Source of the DNA: a virus | Taxonomy: Duplodnaviria; Heunggongvirae; Uroviricota; Caudoviricetes | Reading direction: 5' to 3' (one strand) | IMG/VR virus record: IMGVR_UViG_3300044712_002452 | Span: 75,336-139,335 of that record | Length of the DNA: 64,000 nucleotides | In this document: positions 63,812 through 64,000 of the stretch, piece after piece | Position numbering within the stretch: the first letter of the stretch is position 1 | How the letters are laid out: every line of letters starts with the position of its first letter | Translations under genes and position numbers: made by a program | Notes under the pieces: model-generated | Told to the model about the DNA's origin: nothing | What the model saw: only the letters and a program-made list of their open reading frames with translations | Database searches by the model: none

Positions 63812-64000
63812 ATGAGTCATTTTCCCAATGCGTTTAAAAAGGTTTTTGTTGTTACGGATTTCTTGAATGCCGGTGCAACTAAAACCCATCAACTGACTAA
63901 AAATCAGTTTGCGTTCTACGATTTCAATACTTGGGCCTTGGTGCCTACAGCCGAAGCTACTCAAGCCCAACACCCGTTGGTTCGTTTGGTAGCGGGTAAT
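63812..64000 (+). CDS. hypothetical protein, partial (continues past window end)
   Basis: ATG directly preceded by CCCTTATCCT. MSHFPNAFKKVFVVTDFLNAG... Confidence 0.4.
   Translation, partial: MSHFPNAFKKVFVVTDFLNAGATKTHQLTKNQFAFYDFNTWALVPTAEATQAQHPLVRLVAGN

Noticed and set aside
1-64000. CRISPR arrays or large transposable elements
   Set aside because: No spaced direct-repeat arrays and no transposase or integrase motifs found. The only repeats are short promoter-type motifs, the 33-bp intragenic array and the 21-bp and 56-bp duplications described.

Overview
This window reads as one contiguous stretch of a tailed dsDNA phage (Caudoviricetes-type) genome, most likely infecting a Bacteroidetes host. 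Host inference (all from sequence): about 40% GC, no Shine-Dalgarno sequences, and several promoter-like sites matching the Bacteroidetes -7 element TAnnTTTG (e.g. TATATTTG at 20411 and 26713). The -7 matches sit inside a longer recurring motif, TTTGTAGA(A/T)TT.

Layout:
- 1-20.3 kb, minus strand: replication and nucleotide-metabolism module. Calls include a dNMP-kinase-like P-loop protein, dCTP deaminase, family-B DNA polymerase, TOPRIM primase, DnaB-like helicase, DEDD exonuclease, a PD-(D/E)XK exonuclease, a RecA-like/AAA_24 ATPase, a GIY-YIG endonuclease and a DnaA domain-IV homolog.
- 20.4-22.0 kb, plus strand: lysis cassette (membrane protein, unimolecular-spanin-like lipoprotein, T4-type lysozyme).
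- 22-49.2 kb, minus strand: a long accessory region. It holds a CobS/MoxR-like AAA+ ATPase next to a CobT-like vWA protein with an extreme acidic tract, a UDG-like protein, an SF2 helicase, an HNH endonuclease, a RadC/JAB protein, an orphan N6-adenine DNA methyltransferase, a GC-richer island, a tmRNA (ssrA) gene and an interrupted tRNA-Leu-like gene.
- 49.25-50.25 kb: a roughly 1 kb non-coding switch region with promoter-motif clusters and a plus-strand terminator (small-RNA candidate).
- 50.25-64 kb, plus strand: morphogenesis module (HU-like protein, PD-(D/E)XK nuclease, large terminase with a T4-like deviant Walker A, portal, scaffold, major capsid protein, tRNA-Met(CAT), then further structural genes).

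Observations I rate highest:
1. Two paralogous about 230-bp modules, 37 kb apart, each encode a small Cys-rich protein. Each ends on a canonical A_AAA_AAA -1 slippery heptamer with the -1 frame open into the downstream gene; in one copy that gene is the DNA methyltransferase.
2. A tmRNA gene sits inside the phage.
3. The tRNA-Leu-like gene is split by about 120 nt, and 56 bp of a neighbouring gene start is duplicated next to it.
4. Three motif classes recur: TTTGTAGA(A/T)TT, GACCTTATTCTTTAA, and CCTTATCCTATG abutting late-gene start codons.
5. The switch region appears to encode a small RNA.

All product calls are from motif-level reading of the translated ORFs; no database search was possible.
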